Source: an uncultured Dehalococcoidia bacterium (lineage in GTDB: Bacteria; Chloroflexota; Dehalococcoidia; Lucifugimonadales; UBA2962). From it: DNA of 64,000 nt. Every line of letters begins with the position of its first letter. Position 1 is the first letter of the stretch. A program made the position numbers and the translations under genes. The stretch lies in NCBI GenBank assembly GCA_964477845.1, contig CAYZES010000008.1:3749-67748 (forward strand), given 5' to 3'. Of the stretch, positions 17,745-27,234 are shown in pieces. A model generated the notes under the pieces. The model was not told where the DNA came from, did not search any database, and saw only the letters and a program-made list of their open reading frames with translations.

Positions 17745-19220
17745 GTGGAATACGAGGCTGTTATCGGCCTGGAGGTGCATGCGCAGCTGCGCACCTCCAG
17801 CAAGATGTTCTGCGGCTGCAGCGCCGCCTATCAGGAGATGGAACCGAACACCGTCGTGTGCCCGGTGTGTATGGGCATGCCGGGCGTACTACCGGTGCCG
17901 AACGGGCAGGCGGTTGAACACGTCGTAAGGACGGGTCTGGCCTTGGGTTGCACCATCGCAACCCAGTCCAAGTTCGACCGTAAGAACTATCCGTACCCGG
18001 ACCTGATGAAGGGATACCAGATCTCCCAGCACAACCTCCCGATAGCCTCAGGAGGGAGCCTGGTGGTGGAGAGTTCCGGTGGAGAGCGCGAGGTTGGAAT
18101 CAACCGGGTGCACCTTGAAGAGGACGTTGCAAAGCTGCTTCACAGGTCAGACGGCTCCGGGACTTACAGCCTGCTGGACATAAACCGGTCGGGAGTACCG
18201 CTTATGGAGATAGTCAGCGAGCCCGACATGAGAACGGCGGAAGAGGCCCATGACTATCTGACCAGGCTCCGCTCCATACTTCGTTATATCGGGGCCAGCA
18301 CCGCGAACATGGAGGAGGGAAGTTTTCGCTGTGACGCCAATGTCAGCATGCGGCCTTCGGGTACCTCAGAGTTCGGGCCGAAGGTCGAGATAAAGAACAT
18401 GAACAGCTTCAAGTCCGTCTACAGTGCCCTGATGTTTGAGATGGACAGGCAGACCGAGATCGCTCGCTCAGGTGGCAGGATCGTTCAGGAAACAAGGGGC
18501 TGGGCGGACGACCGAGGGTTGACCTTTTCTCAGCGCAGCAAGGAAGACGCCCACGACTATCGGTACTTTCCGGAGCCCGACATACCACCGTTCGTGATAG
18601 ACCCGGACTGGGTTTCGGAGATCGAGCGCGGTATGCCGGAGTTACCGGCGGCCCGAAAGGCCCGGTTCGAGGACGAGTATGGACTCTCACCGTACGAGGC
18701 TGGCCTGCTAACCGCCTCCCCCGAGATGGCAGATTACTTTGAGCGGGAGGTCGACTCCGGTGACGGGCTTGGGGACGGAGGGAGGCGGTCGGCAAAGTCT
18801 GCGAGTAACTGGCTGCTGGGCGAATTCTCTCGCCTGGTTAACAACGCCGGCATCAAAGTCTCCGAGGTGAAAGTACCGACCGGGGAGATACTCGCCTTGC
18901 AGGGTCTGGTCGACGACGGAACACTCAACTCGAGCATGGCAAAGGCCGTGTTCGCAGAGATGTTCGAGAGTGGGCAGTCGGCCTCCCAGGTCGCCAGGGC
19001 CCTGGGGATGGTGCAGATAAGTGATGTTGACGCCATCCAGGCGGCCGTCGATCAAGCGGTGGACTCCAATCCCAAGGCGGTTGCCGACTATCTCGGCGGC
19101 AAGGAAACAGCCCTCAGGTTCCTGGTCGGACAGGTAATGAAGCTGACCAGGGGCAAGGCGAACCCCAAGGTAGCTGCGGGTCTCCTCGAGAAGCGCCTGG
19201 AATCTCCCCCCGACCGCTAG
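17745..19220 (+). CDS. gatB: Asp-tRNA(Asn)/Glu-tRNA(Gln) amidotransferase subunit B
   Basis: The conserved GatB N-terminus (M)EYEAVIGLEVHAQL begins at GTG 17745, with ggaggg 10 nt upstream. The ORF-track start at 17631 would add 38 non-conserved residues. Confidence 0.93.
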   Translation: MEYEAVIGLEVHAQLRTSSKMFCGCSAAYQEMEPNTVVCPVCMGMPGVLPVPNGQAVEHVVRTGLALGCTIATQSKFDRKNYPYPDLMKGYQISQHNLPIASGGSLVVESSGGEREVGINRVHLEEDVAKLLHRSDGSGTYSLLDINRSGVPLMEIVSEPDMRTAEEAHDYLTRLRSILRYIGASTANMEEGSFRCDANVSMRPSGTSEFGPKVEIKNMNSFKSVYSALMFEMDRQTEIARSGGRIVQETRGWADDRGLTFSQRSKEDAHDYRYFPEPDIPPFVIDPDWVSEIERGMPELPAARKARFEDEYGLSPYEAGLLTASPEMADYFEREVDSGDGLGDGGRRSAKSASNWLLGEFSRLVNNAGIKVSEVKVPTGEILALQGLVDDGTLNSSMAKAVFAEMFESGQSASQVARALGMVQISDVDAIQAAVDQAVDSNPKAVADYLGGKETALRFLVGQVMKLTRGKANPKVAAGLLEKRLESPPDR

Positions 19221-19361
19221 GGCGACCGTGCCGGGCCGGAGAGACTCGGAAACGCGGCCTGCCGGTGCTCGCTAGCGAGTTCGAGTCGCTGTATCATAGC
19301 TACGAGTGTCTACAGTGGCAGCGGTTCAGGACGACCATGGAGGCCGAAAGCGGCCGATTGA

Positions 19362-19589
19362 TTGGCGAGTGGCTTGAGCACCACAGTTCTCAACGTAATA
19401 CAGATAATCGTCGCCGTGGTTCTGGTGGTGGTCGTCCTCATGCAGGTCCGCGGTCAGGGTTCCGGTCTCTTCGGCTCGGCCGAAAGCTCTTTCCGCACCC
19501 GCAGAGGGCTTGAGAAGACCCTTTTCCAGTTCACTATCGCCCTGGTAGGGGTCTTCATCGTCACCTCACTGATCAGCGCCAGAGTTTAG
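19362..19589 (+). CDS. secG: Preprotein translocase subunit SecG
   Basis: 75 aa with two TM segments flanking LMQVRGQGSGLFGS. TTG start. Confidence 0.85.
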   Translation: MASGLSTTVLNVIQIIVAVVLVVVVLMQVRGQGSGLFGSAESSFRTRRGLEKTLFQFTIALVGVFIVTSLISARV

Positions 19590-19629
19590 AGGGCTGCGCA
19601 GGCCCGCTCCGGACCCCAGGCGAGGGTCG

Positions 19630-20469
19630 ATGCCCAACAGCCCGCCGATCATCACCCTTACGACCGACTTCGGTTGGCGGGACCACTACGTTGGCGCCGT
19701 CAAAGGGGTTATCCTGGGGATCTGCAGGAACGCCAGCATCGTGGACCTGTCCCACCACGTCCCGGCGCAGGACGTGGTGCACGGCTCTTTCGTAATAGGT
19801 GAGGCCCACCGCAGCTACCCGAACGATACCGTGCATCTGTGCGTAGTTGATCCCGGTGTTGGCACCGACCGCCGCCCGGTGGCACTCACAACCCCATTCG
19901 GGAGCTTTGTCGCACCCGACAACGGGATTCTAACGAGGGTCCTGGGGGCGCTCCGGGACGAGCGCGGATCTGCACCTTCCCCTTTGAATCCGGGCTTGGC
20001 ACCCGTGCCGGAGGGATGCCGGGCGTATGTGCTCAGCGAGCAAAGCTTCTGGCGCCACCCGGTGAGCAATACCTTTCACGGAAGGGACGTATTTGGTCCG
20101 GTTGCGGCTCACCTGGCGAGGGGTGTCGAGCCAGCTGCCCTTGGGAGTCCGACCGACTTCCTGACGGTCATGCCGGGTCCTTCCCCCAGGATCCTTCCGG
20201 GATCGATTGAAGGAGCGGTTATATATGTCGACTCCTTCGGCAACTTGGTCACCAGCATTACCGGGGAGTCCGTGGGCACGCGGCCGCTGGTGCTGAGTGT
20301 TGCCGGTCGCCGCATAAAGGGTCCCGCTCGCACATTCGCAGACTCCGAAGGTCTGATAGCCCTGGTCGGCAGCTTCGGCTATCTGGAGGTCGCCCTCAGT
20401 GGAGGAAGCGCGGCCCGTGAGCTGGGGATCGAAGCCGGGGATCCGGTCAGCTTGTCATTTGAGCCATAG
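19630..20469 (+). CDS. SAM hydroxide adenosyltransferase family (DUF62, fluorinase/chlorinase fold)
   Basis: 279 aa with N-terminal ITLTTDFGWRDHYVGAVKGVILGI and FHGRDVFGP, typical of this family. Confidence 0.85.
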   Translation: MPNSPPIITLTTDFGWRDHYVGAVKGVILGICRNASIVDLSHHVPAQDVVHGSFVIGEAHRSYPNDTVHLCVVDPGVGTDRRPVALTTPFGSFVAPDNGILTRVLGALRDERGSAPSPLNPGLAPVPEGCRAYVLSEQSFWRHPVSNTFHGRDVFGPVAAHLARGVEPAALGSPTDFLTVMPGPSPRILPGSIEGAVIYVDSFGNLVTSITGESVGTRPLVLSVAGRRIKGPARTFADSEGLIALVGSFGYLEVALSGGSAARELGIEAGDPVSLSFEP

Positions 20470-20472
20470 CCC

Positions 20473-21363
20473 CTACAGGGCGGCGATGCCACCGTCGATG
20501 AAGACGGCTTGGCCCGTCATGTAATCGGATGCAGGGCTTGCCAGGTAGGCCGCCAGAATCCCCAGTTGGCGGAGATCGCCGGGGCGTCCCATAGGTATCG
20601 CCGCTGCGGCCCTTTCTGCCTTGGCCGGATCGGTCCACTGATCACCCGCCATGTCCGTCTCGTAGGAACCCGGGCAGAGCGCGTTCACCTGAATTCCATG
20701 CCGCGCCCACTCCAGGGCCAGCACGCGAGTCAACATGTTTACCGCCGCCTTGGAGACAGCATAGGCAGAGTAGAAAGGCACCGCTGTCTTCCCCTGCACC
20801 GAGGAGACGTTGATTATCTTTCCCCGGGAACGCGCAAGCATGTGAGGGGCAACCGCCCTGCAGCCGTACATCACGCCGCTCACGTTGACGGACAGTACTT
20901 GCCGCCACTCGTCGTCGGTGATCGACGAATCCGGGGCGCGCGGCACCCTGAGCCAGTCCGGGACACCGTCCGGCAGCGGTACCAGCGGGAGCCGCAGGTT
21001 TATTCCCGCATTATTTACAAGGACGTCAATGCTCCCGAACTGCTTGAGTGTGGCTTCAATCATGTATTCGACCTGGCTGGAGTTGGATACATCGGTTGGA
21101 ACTGTTAAGGCACGCGATCCCAGCGCCCGAATCTCGGCCGCCACGGCCTCGAGGTCTGAAGGGGTTCGCGCGGCCAGGGCCACCTCCGCGCCGGCCTCTG
21201 CGAGACTCAGCGCTATCGCTCGGCCGATCCCCCTGCCAGCACCCGTGACGATTGCGGATCTACCCATGAGCGAGAGTTCCGGCAGGCCAGTACCACCCGT
21301 GGCATCAGACACGTGCCGGATCTCGCTAGAGCCTGTCGGCCCAGCGTCGATAGACTCCGACAT
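20473..21363 (-). CDS. Short-chain dehydrogenase/reductase (SDR)
   Basis: VTGAGRGIGRA cofactor motif, NNAG, and catalytic YSAYAVSKAA (YxxxK). The start could be an internal Met (MGRSAIVTGAG). Confidence 0.85.
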   Translation of the reverse strand: MSESIDAGPTGSSEIRHVSDATGGTGLPELSLMGRSAIVTGAGRGIGRAIALSLAEAGAEVALAARTPSDLEAVAAEIRALGSRALTVPTDVSNSSQVEYMIEATLKQFGSIDVLVNNAGINLRLPLVPLPDGVPDWLRVPRAPDSSITDDEWRQVLSVNVSGVMYGCRAVAPHMLARSRGKIINVSSVQGKTAVPFYSAYAVSKAAVNMLTRVLALEWARHGIQVNALCPGSYETDMAGDQWTDPAKAERAAAAIPMGRPGDLRQLGILAAYLASPASDYMTGQAVFIDGGIAAL

Positions 21364-21425
21364 TCAGCGCCAGTCCCGCTTACCGCACCGGGTCATTGCC
21401 CGTCTCAGGGGCGGTTCAGCAGTCA

Positions 21426-22802
21426 TCATCGCCGCCTCCAGGTCGTACCCTCGGGGCCGTCCTCAAGCTGTACGCCCAATTCGGCCAGGCTGTCTCGGAT
21501 GCCGTCCGCCAGTTCAAAGTTCTTTGCCGATCTCATCATCCGGCGGACGTCGACCAGCAGATCGATGAAGGGCGCCGCATCCCCTGTGGCCCTCCTCGCC
21601 TTCAGCGTCAGGCCGAGCACACCCGTCAGGTCTCGCAGGACTGATTGCGCTTCGGCCACGATGCCGCCTCCGTCCCGAGCCCGGTGTATCTCCCGCGCGA
21701 GATCGAAGATGGCGGCAAGGGCCTGTGGTGTGTTGAGGTCGTCGTCCATCGATTCCTCGAAGCGACGTCTGTGACCGGATGCGTCCAGGGCGTCCCCACT
21801 TCCCGACCCTGAAGCTGCGACGGCACTGCGCAGCCTTGCGACCGCGCGCTCCTGACCCTCAACGCTTTCTTCCGTATAGGTCAGAGGGCTGCGGTAGTGA
21901 GAGCTGAGGAAGAAAAGGCGCAGGGCGTCGCTTGAGTGGCTGGAGAGTGCTTGGCCAACGGTAACCATGTTGCCCAGGGACTTGCTCATCTTGTCCTCGC
22001 CCAGCCTGACCAGGCCGTTGTGCACCCAGTGGCGGGCAAATGGAACCAGCCCTGTGAACGATTCCGACTGGGCCACCTCGTTCTCGTGGTGCGGGAAGAT
22101 CAGGTCCTGGCCGCCGCCATGGATGTCGATGGTCTCGCCAAGATACTCCAGAGCCATGGCGCTGCACTCGATGTGCCAGCCGGGCCTTCCCGGCCCCCAT
22201 GGGCTATCCCAGGCAGGCTCTCCAGGCTTTTGCGACTTCCAGAGCGCAAAGTCGAGCGCGTCCTCCTTGTCCTCGCTGACAGACACCCGTGCACCCGAAA
22301 GGAGCTTGTCAATGTCGCGGTGGCTCAACTTGCCGTAATCGTCGTCCGCCCGGACGCGGAAATAGACATCTCCCCTTGCAGAATAGGCATAGCCTCTTTC
22401 GGTCAGGCCCTCGATCATCTCGATAATCTTGGCGATCTCACCCGTCGCCCTGGGGTATTGGTGCGCCCTGAGGACGTTTAGGCGGTCCATCTCTGTTAGA
22501 TAGCTCGAAATGTTCGCCTCGGCGAGGTCGGATACCGACACTCCCTCCCTAGCAGCCCCGTCGATCATCTTGTCGTCTATATCGGTGAAGTTCTCTATGT
22601 GCCTGACCCGGTGCCCCCTGTACTCCAGGTACCTTCGCAGAACGTCGAATACTACCGAGCGCATCGCGTGGCCCACGTGGGCGGGCGAATAGGGTGTGAT
22701 GCCGCAGACGTAGATCGTCACTACGTCGCCCTGCAGTGTTAGTTGTTCGGACTGCGAGGTGAGGGTGTTGTAAAGCTTCATCTGGTTGGGTTCCACCATC
22801 AC
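21426..22802 (-). CDS. cysS: Cysteine--tRNA ligase
   Basis: 458 aa with HIGH-type motif PAHVGHA and the KMSKSLGN motif. Confidence 0.95.
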   Translation of the reverse strand: MMVEPNQMKLYNTLTSQSEQLTLQGDVVTIYVCGITPYSPAHVGHAMRSVVFDVLRRYLEYRGHRVRHIENFTDIDDKMIDGAAREGVSVSDLAEANISSYLTEMDRLNVLRAHQYPRATGEIAKIIEMIEGLTERGYAYSARGDVYFRVRADDDYGKLSHRDIDKLLSGARVSVSEDKEDALDFALWKSQKPGEPAWDSPWGPGRPGWHIECSAMALEYLGETIDIHGGGQDLIFPHHENEVAQSESFTGLVPFARHWVHNGLVRLGEDKMSKSLGNMVTVGQALSSHSSDALRLFFLSSHYRSPLTYTEESVEGQERAVARLRSAVAASGSGSGDALDASGHRRRFEESMDDDLNTPQALAAIFDLAREIHRARDGGGIVAEAQSVLRDLTGVLGLTLKARRATGDAAPFIDLLVDVRRMMRSAKNFELADGIRDSLAELGVQLEDGPEGTTWRRR

Positions 22803-22811
22803 TGGATCGAA

Positions 22812-23303
22812 TCAGGTCGCGGGGTTCACTCTGGTCATGGTCGCCACCGCCAGCGCCGCTATCCCCTCACCCCTCCCGATGAATCCCAGCGCGTCCGTCG
22901 TGGTGGCTTTGACGTTTACATCGGCCGGGTCCAGCGACAGGGCGCCCGCAAGCCCCTCCCTTATCCGCGCCATGTGAGGAGCGAGGGTCGGACGCTGGGC
23001 GACGATTGTAGCATCGACGTATGTGGCCCTCCATCCGGACTCCGCCACCCTGCAAACCGTCTGATTGAGCAGGGTCAGGCTGGATATGCCGGCCAGGTTC
23101 GGGTCACTGGAAGGGAACAGGGAGCCGATGTCTCCTAGCCCGGCGGCTCCGAGCAGGGCGTCGATCACCGCGTGCGCCAGGACGTCCCCGTCGCTGTGGC
23201 CGGCCAGGCCCAGGTCATGAGGCACCGTGTGTCCTCCTAGTACGAGCGGCCGTCCGGCGACCAGGGGATGAACGTCAGCACCCAGGCCGGTGCGGTGGCT
23301 CAT
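22812..23303 (-). CDS. ispF: 2-C-methyl-D-erythritol 2,4-cyclodiphosphate synthase
   Basis: 163 aa with GLGADVHPL and HSDGDVLAHAVIDALLGA. ATGA overlap with the ispD stop. Confidence 0.95.
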   Translation of the reverse strand: MSHRTGLGADVHPLVAGRPLVLGGHTVPHDLGLAGHSDGDVLAHAVIDALLGAAGLGDIGSLFPSSDPNLAGISSLTLLNQTVCRVAESGWRATYVDATIVAQRPTLAPHMARIREGLAGALSLDPADVNVKATTTDALGFIGRGEGIAALAVATMTRVNPAT

Positions 23304-24025
23304 GCGACCGCCGTCCCGTCGGGCCGCGCATCCTCCCCGGCGATACCCCGCGATAACAGGTATTCGGCGATCTCCAGATCCTCCGGCGTCGTCACCTTGA
23401 TGTTGGCATAAGAGCCCTGAAAGATCCTGACCGATCCGCCGACCTGCTCAACCATAGAGGCGTCATCGGTTACGTCCTGTGCAACCTCGCTGTGCGCTCT
23501 CGTCAGGAGATCCCTGGAAAACACCTGCGGAGTCTGAACGAGCCAGAGGCGCTGTCGGTCCGGGGTCTCCTGGACCGTCATGTCCGCATCGACCACCTTT
23601 ACCGTATCCTTCACCTTCACCGCGGCGACGGCGGCCCCGGTGCAGGCGGCTTCCGCCAGGCCCCTTTCGATCACCTGCGACGTCACGCAGGGCCGGGCGC
23701 CGTCGTGAACGACGATCCAGTCGGAGTCGACCAGCGGCGGCAATCCGGCGCGCACCGAGTCCTGGCGACGGTGTCCCCCGGCCACAACGCTCACCTTGCT
23801 CCAGCCGAATCGCCGCACGAGCTCCCAACCCCGCTCAATTCCATGCTCGCCTAGCACGACCACTATTCGATCTATCAAGTGACAGCGCTCCAGTGCGTCC
23901 ACCGAGTGGGATACGAGAGGGCGGCCCACCAATGGAGCGAAGACCTTGTCGACCCGGCCCATCCTCGTGGAGGATCCTGCGGCCACGACGATTGCACCGA
24001 CGCGGCCGGATGGTACGGAGGTCAC
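23300..24025 (-). CDS. ispD: 2-C-methyl-D-erythritol 4-phosphate cytidylyltransferase
   Basis: Conserved N-terminus GAIVVAAGSSTRMG. Start is uncertain: GTG 24025 was chosen because it gives a canonical length. ATG 24217 or the ORF-track start 24328 would add a low-complexity extension. Confidence 0.85.
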   Translation of the reverse strand: MTSVPSGRVGAIVVAAGSSTRMGRVDKVFAPLVGRPLVSHSVDALERCHLIDRIVVVLGEHGIERGWELVRRFGWSKVSVVAGGHRRQDSVRAGLPPLVDSDWIVVHDGARPCVTSQVIERGLAEAACTGAAVAAVKVKDTVKVVDADMTVQETPDRQRLWLVQTPQVFSRDLLTRAHSEVAQDVTDDASMVEQVGGSVRIFQGSYANIKVTTPEDLEIAEYLLSRGIAGEDARPDGTAVA

Positions 24026-24484
24026 GTTCGCAGACCCGGTTTCATGGCGAGATGATACAACGCTACCCGTTCTTTCCCATAAGGGTCCTGAGCGCTCCGT
24101 GTGGCCCGGCAGTCTGTTTGCAGCGTCCGTTCCGGCGTTCTTTGTGTAGCGGCACGAAAGAGAGGATGATGCTCCCACGAGTAGTGTTCTGGAGCTGACG
24201 GATGGTACTGAAGGCATAATGGAGCTGTCGCCGCACGTGCCATGTCGGGCTCGCCATGGCGAGAATCCGTGGCGGGCCCTGGGCGCGAACGCAGGCAGAC
24301 GTTGATCTTGGAGCAGGGGAGGGGACACAGGCCAGATAGGTGCATCTGGGCCACCTTATCGGTTCTCGGAGCCCGCGAGCCTTTGATCGTCCGGAGAGAA
24401 ATCAGTCGTTTCTTAAACGCCCTGGAACTACGGTCGACGGCTCGACTTAGATCTGGGCGAGGCAGTCCTTCGGGAAGGACAGAA

Positions 24485-25477
24485 ATGGACATAGCGCAGG
24501 TTCAAGCGTTCATAGAGGCGGAGCGGCGAGGCAGTTTCCGAAAGGCCGCCAAGGCGATGTTCCTCTCGCAGCCCTCTCTCAGCAGTCGCATCAAGATGCT
24601 GGAGAAGGAGCTGGGGGCCGAGCTGTTTCACCGGCGTGGAAGTGGCGTTGTGCTGACCGACATGGGGCGGGTCTTCCTGCCGTATGCGAGGCGTGCCATG
24701 GAGTCGCTCGGCGAGGCACGACAGGTGGTGGCTACGGCCCAGAATGCGGCCGGTGGGATAGTAACCATTGCAGCTACGAGGCAGGTGGGAACGTACACGC
24801 TCCCGGAAATACTTGGCCGACTGAGGGACGAACACCCGGATGTCGGGGCGAGCGTTACGGTGTCCAAGCCGAGTCAGGTACTCCAGATGGTTGTCGACGG
24901 GCAGGTCCAACTTGGCCTCTCCCGGGGACTGGTGCACCCCCAGGTGGACACCCGCAGGCTGTTTGACGAGGATCTGGTGCTGATCGTCCATCCAGGCCAC
25001 CCATTTACCGCCCGTGGTGACGTCACCATACGTGATGTGGCAACCGAACCTCTCATACTCTACGACACCGATTCATCCGACTCTCTGCTGATTGAGCAGG
25101 TATGCGCGGAGGCCGGAGTCGTGCCAAGAGTTGAGATGCGTCTTGAGGGAGTAGAAGCCGCCAAGCGGATGGTGGAAAAGGGCCTGGGAATCTCGTTCGT
25201 GCCCCGGTCGGCGCTCGGCCGGGAGGTCGAACTCGGATCAATTCGGACAGTTCCCCTGGGTCCCGAGCACCGGATGGTACTTCCAACCTGCGTGCTCTTC
25301 CGCAGGTCCAAGCGCTATCCTGACACTGTGAGATCGATCTTGGGGGTACTGCAAGCGATGTATGGTACGTGGCCGGTCTCGGGCACTTCTCGGGCGCGTG
25401 GCCGGAGATTCGAGGCTGGTGGCGGGCAACGTGACGGGGATGCCCTCGTTCAGCTGGACAAGCAGTGGCCCGGGTGA
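24485..25477 (+). CDS. LysR-family transcriptional regulator
   Basis: wHTH region FRKAAKAMFLSQPSLSSRIKMLEKELG. Starts at ATG 24485 with ggaagga upstream; the ORF-track 5' extension was trimmed. Confidence 0.85.
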   Translation: MDIAQVQAFIEAERRGSFRKAAKAMFLSQPSLSSRIKMLEKELGAELFHRRGSGVVLTDMGRVFLPYARRAMESLGEARQVVATAQNAAGGIVTIAATRQVGTYTLPEILGRLRDEHPDVGASVTVSKPSQVLQMVVDGQVQLGLSRGLVHPQVDTRRLFDEDLVLIVHPGHPFTARGDVTIRDVATEPLILYDTDSSDSLLIEQVCAEAGVVPRVEMRLEGVEAAKRMVEKGLGISFVPRSALGREVELGSIRTVPLGPEHRMVLPTCVLFRRSKRYPDTVRSILGVLQAMYGTWPVSGTSRARGRRFEAGGGQRDGDALVQLDKQWPG

Positions 25478-25481
25478 CCGC

Positions 25482-26156
25482 ATGGCCAAGAACTACTGGA
25501 TGTTCGTCCAGACCAGGGACAACTTTGAGATCACCAAGAACATGGGATTCAAGCTGCATGGCCTGGGTGCAAAACACAGGAGGCGCGCCGACCGCATGCA
25601 GCCGAATGACAATATCCTCTATTACGTCAAGGACACCAAGAGTTGGCTAGCGCTGGCAACCATCAGGTCCAAGGCCTTTGAGGACAGGTCGCCCCTGTGG
25701 AATCCAACCCACAGAGGGGAGGATTTCCGCTATCGGGTGAAGATCGAGCCCCGTCTGGTACTGGAGGACGAAGAGGCGGTCAACGCGCTGCTTCTGGCGC
25801 CGCGACTCGAGTACCTGAAGCGCTGGGCGCCGGAGCTGTGGCCCCTGGCCTTCATGGACAGCGTGCACCTGTTGCCACAGCGGGACTTTCGCCTCATAGA
25901 GGCCGAGATGAAACGGGTCAGGTCGGCAACGGACCGTCGCAGTGGGGTGGAGGAATCGCGCAGCGCCGGCGAGCCCGGACTGGAAGTGGAGCCCACCGGT
26001 GGAGACGATCTGCCCATAGGGGCGCTCGTGAGCCCCGCCCCTGGTAAGCGGCAGGAGCGTCACGTTGAGGTGTCTGCGGCCAGGGAGCTGGGCGAGGGCC
26101 CGGCGGATGAACGTAGTGAAGAAGGGGAAGGCGAAGATCAGACGGGCGGCAACTGA
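25482..26156 (+). CDS. EVE (PUA-like) domain protein with an acidic disordered C-terminal tail
   Basis: MAKNYWMFVQTRDNFEITKN ... ILYYVKDTKSWLALATIRSKAFEDRSPLW ... FRYRVKIEP matches the stand-alone EVE pattern. ATG lies 4 nt after the LysR stop. Confidence 0.75.
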   Translation: MAKNYWMFVQTRDNFEITKNMGFKLHGLGAKHRRRADRMQPNDNILYYVKDTKSWLALATIRSKAFEDRSPLWNPTHRGEDFRYRVKIEPRLVLEDEEAVNALLLAPRLEYLKRWAPELWPLAFMDSVHLLPQRDFRLIEAEMKRVRSATDRRSGVEESRSAGEPGLEVEPTGGDDLPIGALVSPAPGKRQERHVEVSAARELGEGPADERSEEGEGEDQTGGN

Positions 26157-26217
26157 AGCCTATTGACCGTTCGCGCCCGGTCGCTCCTTCGATGGAGCGC
26201 GGCCGATCAATTGGAAA

Positions 26218-27234
26218 CTAGCTGAGCGACGCTTCGGCGTGCTGTTGTCCATCGGACTCGACCCTGAGGCCGAAGTCGTCGTCGAACGTTCCGTGGAGCT
26301 CTTCCACCAGGTTGGTCGCGATGTCGTCGGTCTCGGGAGCGGCCGCGAACTCCTCGAGCTGCCCCATGCTCAGGATGTTGGGAAGAACCGAAGCGACGCT
26401 CGGCTCCGACAGTACGAATTTGATGGCCAACTGTCCCATCGTAGACGTCATCGCTTCCTTGAGGAACTCTATTGCAGCCAGCTTCCTGATGCCGGCTTCG
26501 AGCCATTCACGCCTCCGGTGCGAGCGGTGGTCGTCCGGGGCGAACACCGTGTCGCTGGTGTACGTGCCGTCCAGCAGGCCCGATGCGTGCGGCACCCTCG
26601 AAAGCAGGCCCACGCCGCATTCCTTGGCGATCGGAAAGAATCGGCGGGCGGGCTGTTGCTCGAGGATGCTGTAAATGATCTGTATGGCATCCAGCCCCCG
26701 CTCTCTCATGGCGGCCTCGCCTTCCTCGAACCAGCCGATGTCCGGCCCTATGGCGGCTGCGTAGTAGCGGATCTTGCCCTCGGTGACCAGCTCATCGAGC
26801 GTGGCGAATAGCTCGTCGGCTTCCAGGGCGTTCATCTTTGGGTTGTGCAGCTGATACAGGTCGATGTAGTCGGTCTGAAGCCTCCTCAGACTCTGCTCGC
26901 AGGCGTACCTGACGAATCCACGGTCCCATTTCTGGGGTCGCTCGGCATGGCCCTCCCGCTCGCGGTGTTCATAAAAGTCGTACCCGAACTTTGTCCCGAC
27001 AACCAGGTCATGACGCCGTTTGCCGAGCGCCTGGGCAAGTATCTCCTCACCGTATCCCAGGCCATATGTGTCGGCCGTGTCGAAGAAATTGACTCCTAGG
27101 TCGACCGCCCTTTCCAGCATGCGAACGGCCTCGGATGTGTCCACCCGGCCCCACCAGCCCGTGCTCAGCGTCCAGACGCCGAATCCGACCTCGGAGAGTT
27201 CAAGGTCCGTGCGTCCCAGGGGTCTATATTTCAT
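26218..27234 (-). CDS. Aldo/keto reductase
   Basis: MKYRPLGRTDLELSEVGFGVW, FFDTADTYG and IDLYQLHNP. ATG 27234 overlaps the upstream stop (ATGA). Confidence 0.9.
   Translation of the reverse strand: MKYRPLGRTDLELSEVGFGVWTLSTGWWGRVDTSEAVRMLERAVDLGVNFFDTADTYGLGYGEEILAQALGKRRHDLVVGTKFGYDFYEHREREGHAERPQKWDRGFVRYACEQSLRRLQTDYIDLYQLHNPKMNALEADELFATLDELVTEGKIRYYAAAIGPDIGWFEEGEAAMRERGLDAIQIIYSILEQQPARRFFPIAKECGVGLLSRVPHASGLLDGTYTSDTVFAPDDHRSHRRREWLEAGIRKLAAIEFLKEAMTSTMGQLAIKFVLSEPSVASVLPNILSMGQLEEFAAAPETDDIATNLVEELHGTFDDDFGLRVESDGQQHAEASLS

Noticed and set aside
24026-24484. Known structured RNA (RNase P RNA, SRP RNA, tmRNA, tRNA, common riboswitches) in the long ispD-lysR spacer
   Set aside because: I looked for hallmark strings on both strands (GGAAAGTCC-type P4, GGAAGCAGC SRP motif, GGTTCGA T-loop, a tmRNA tag frame) and found none. 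A covariance-model scan would be needed to exclude this properly.
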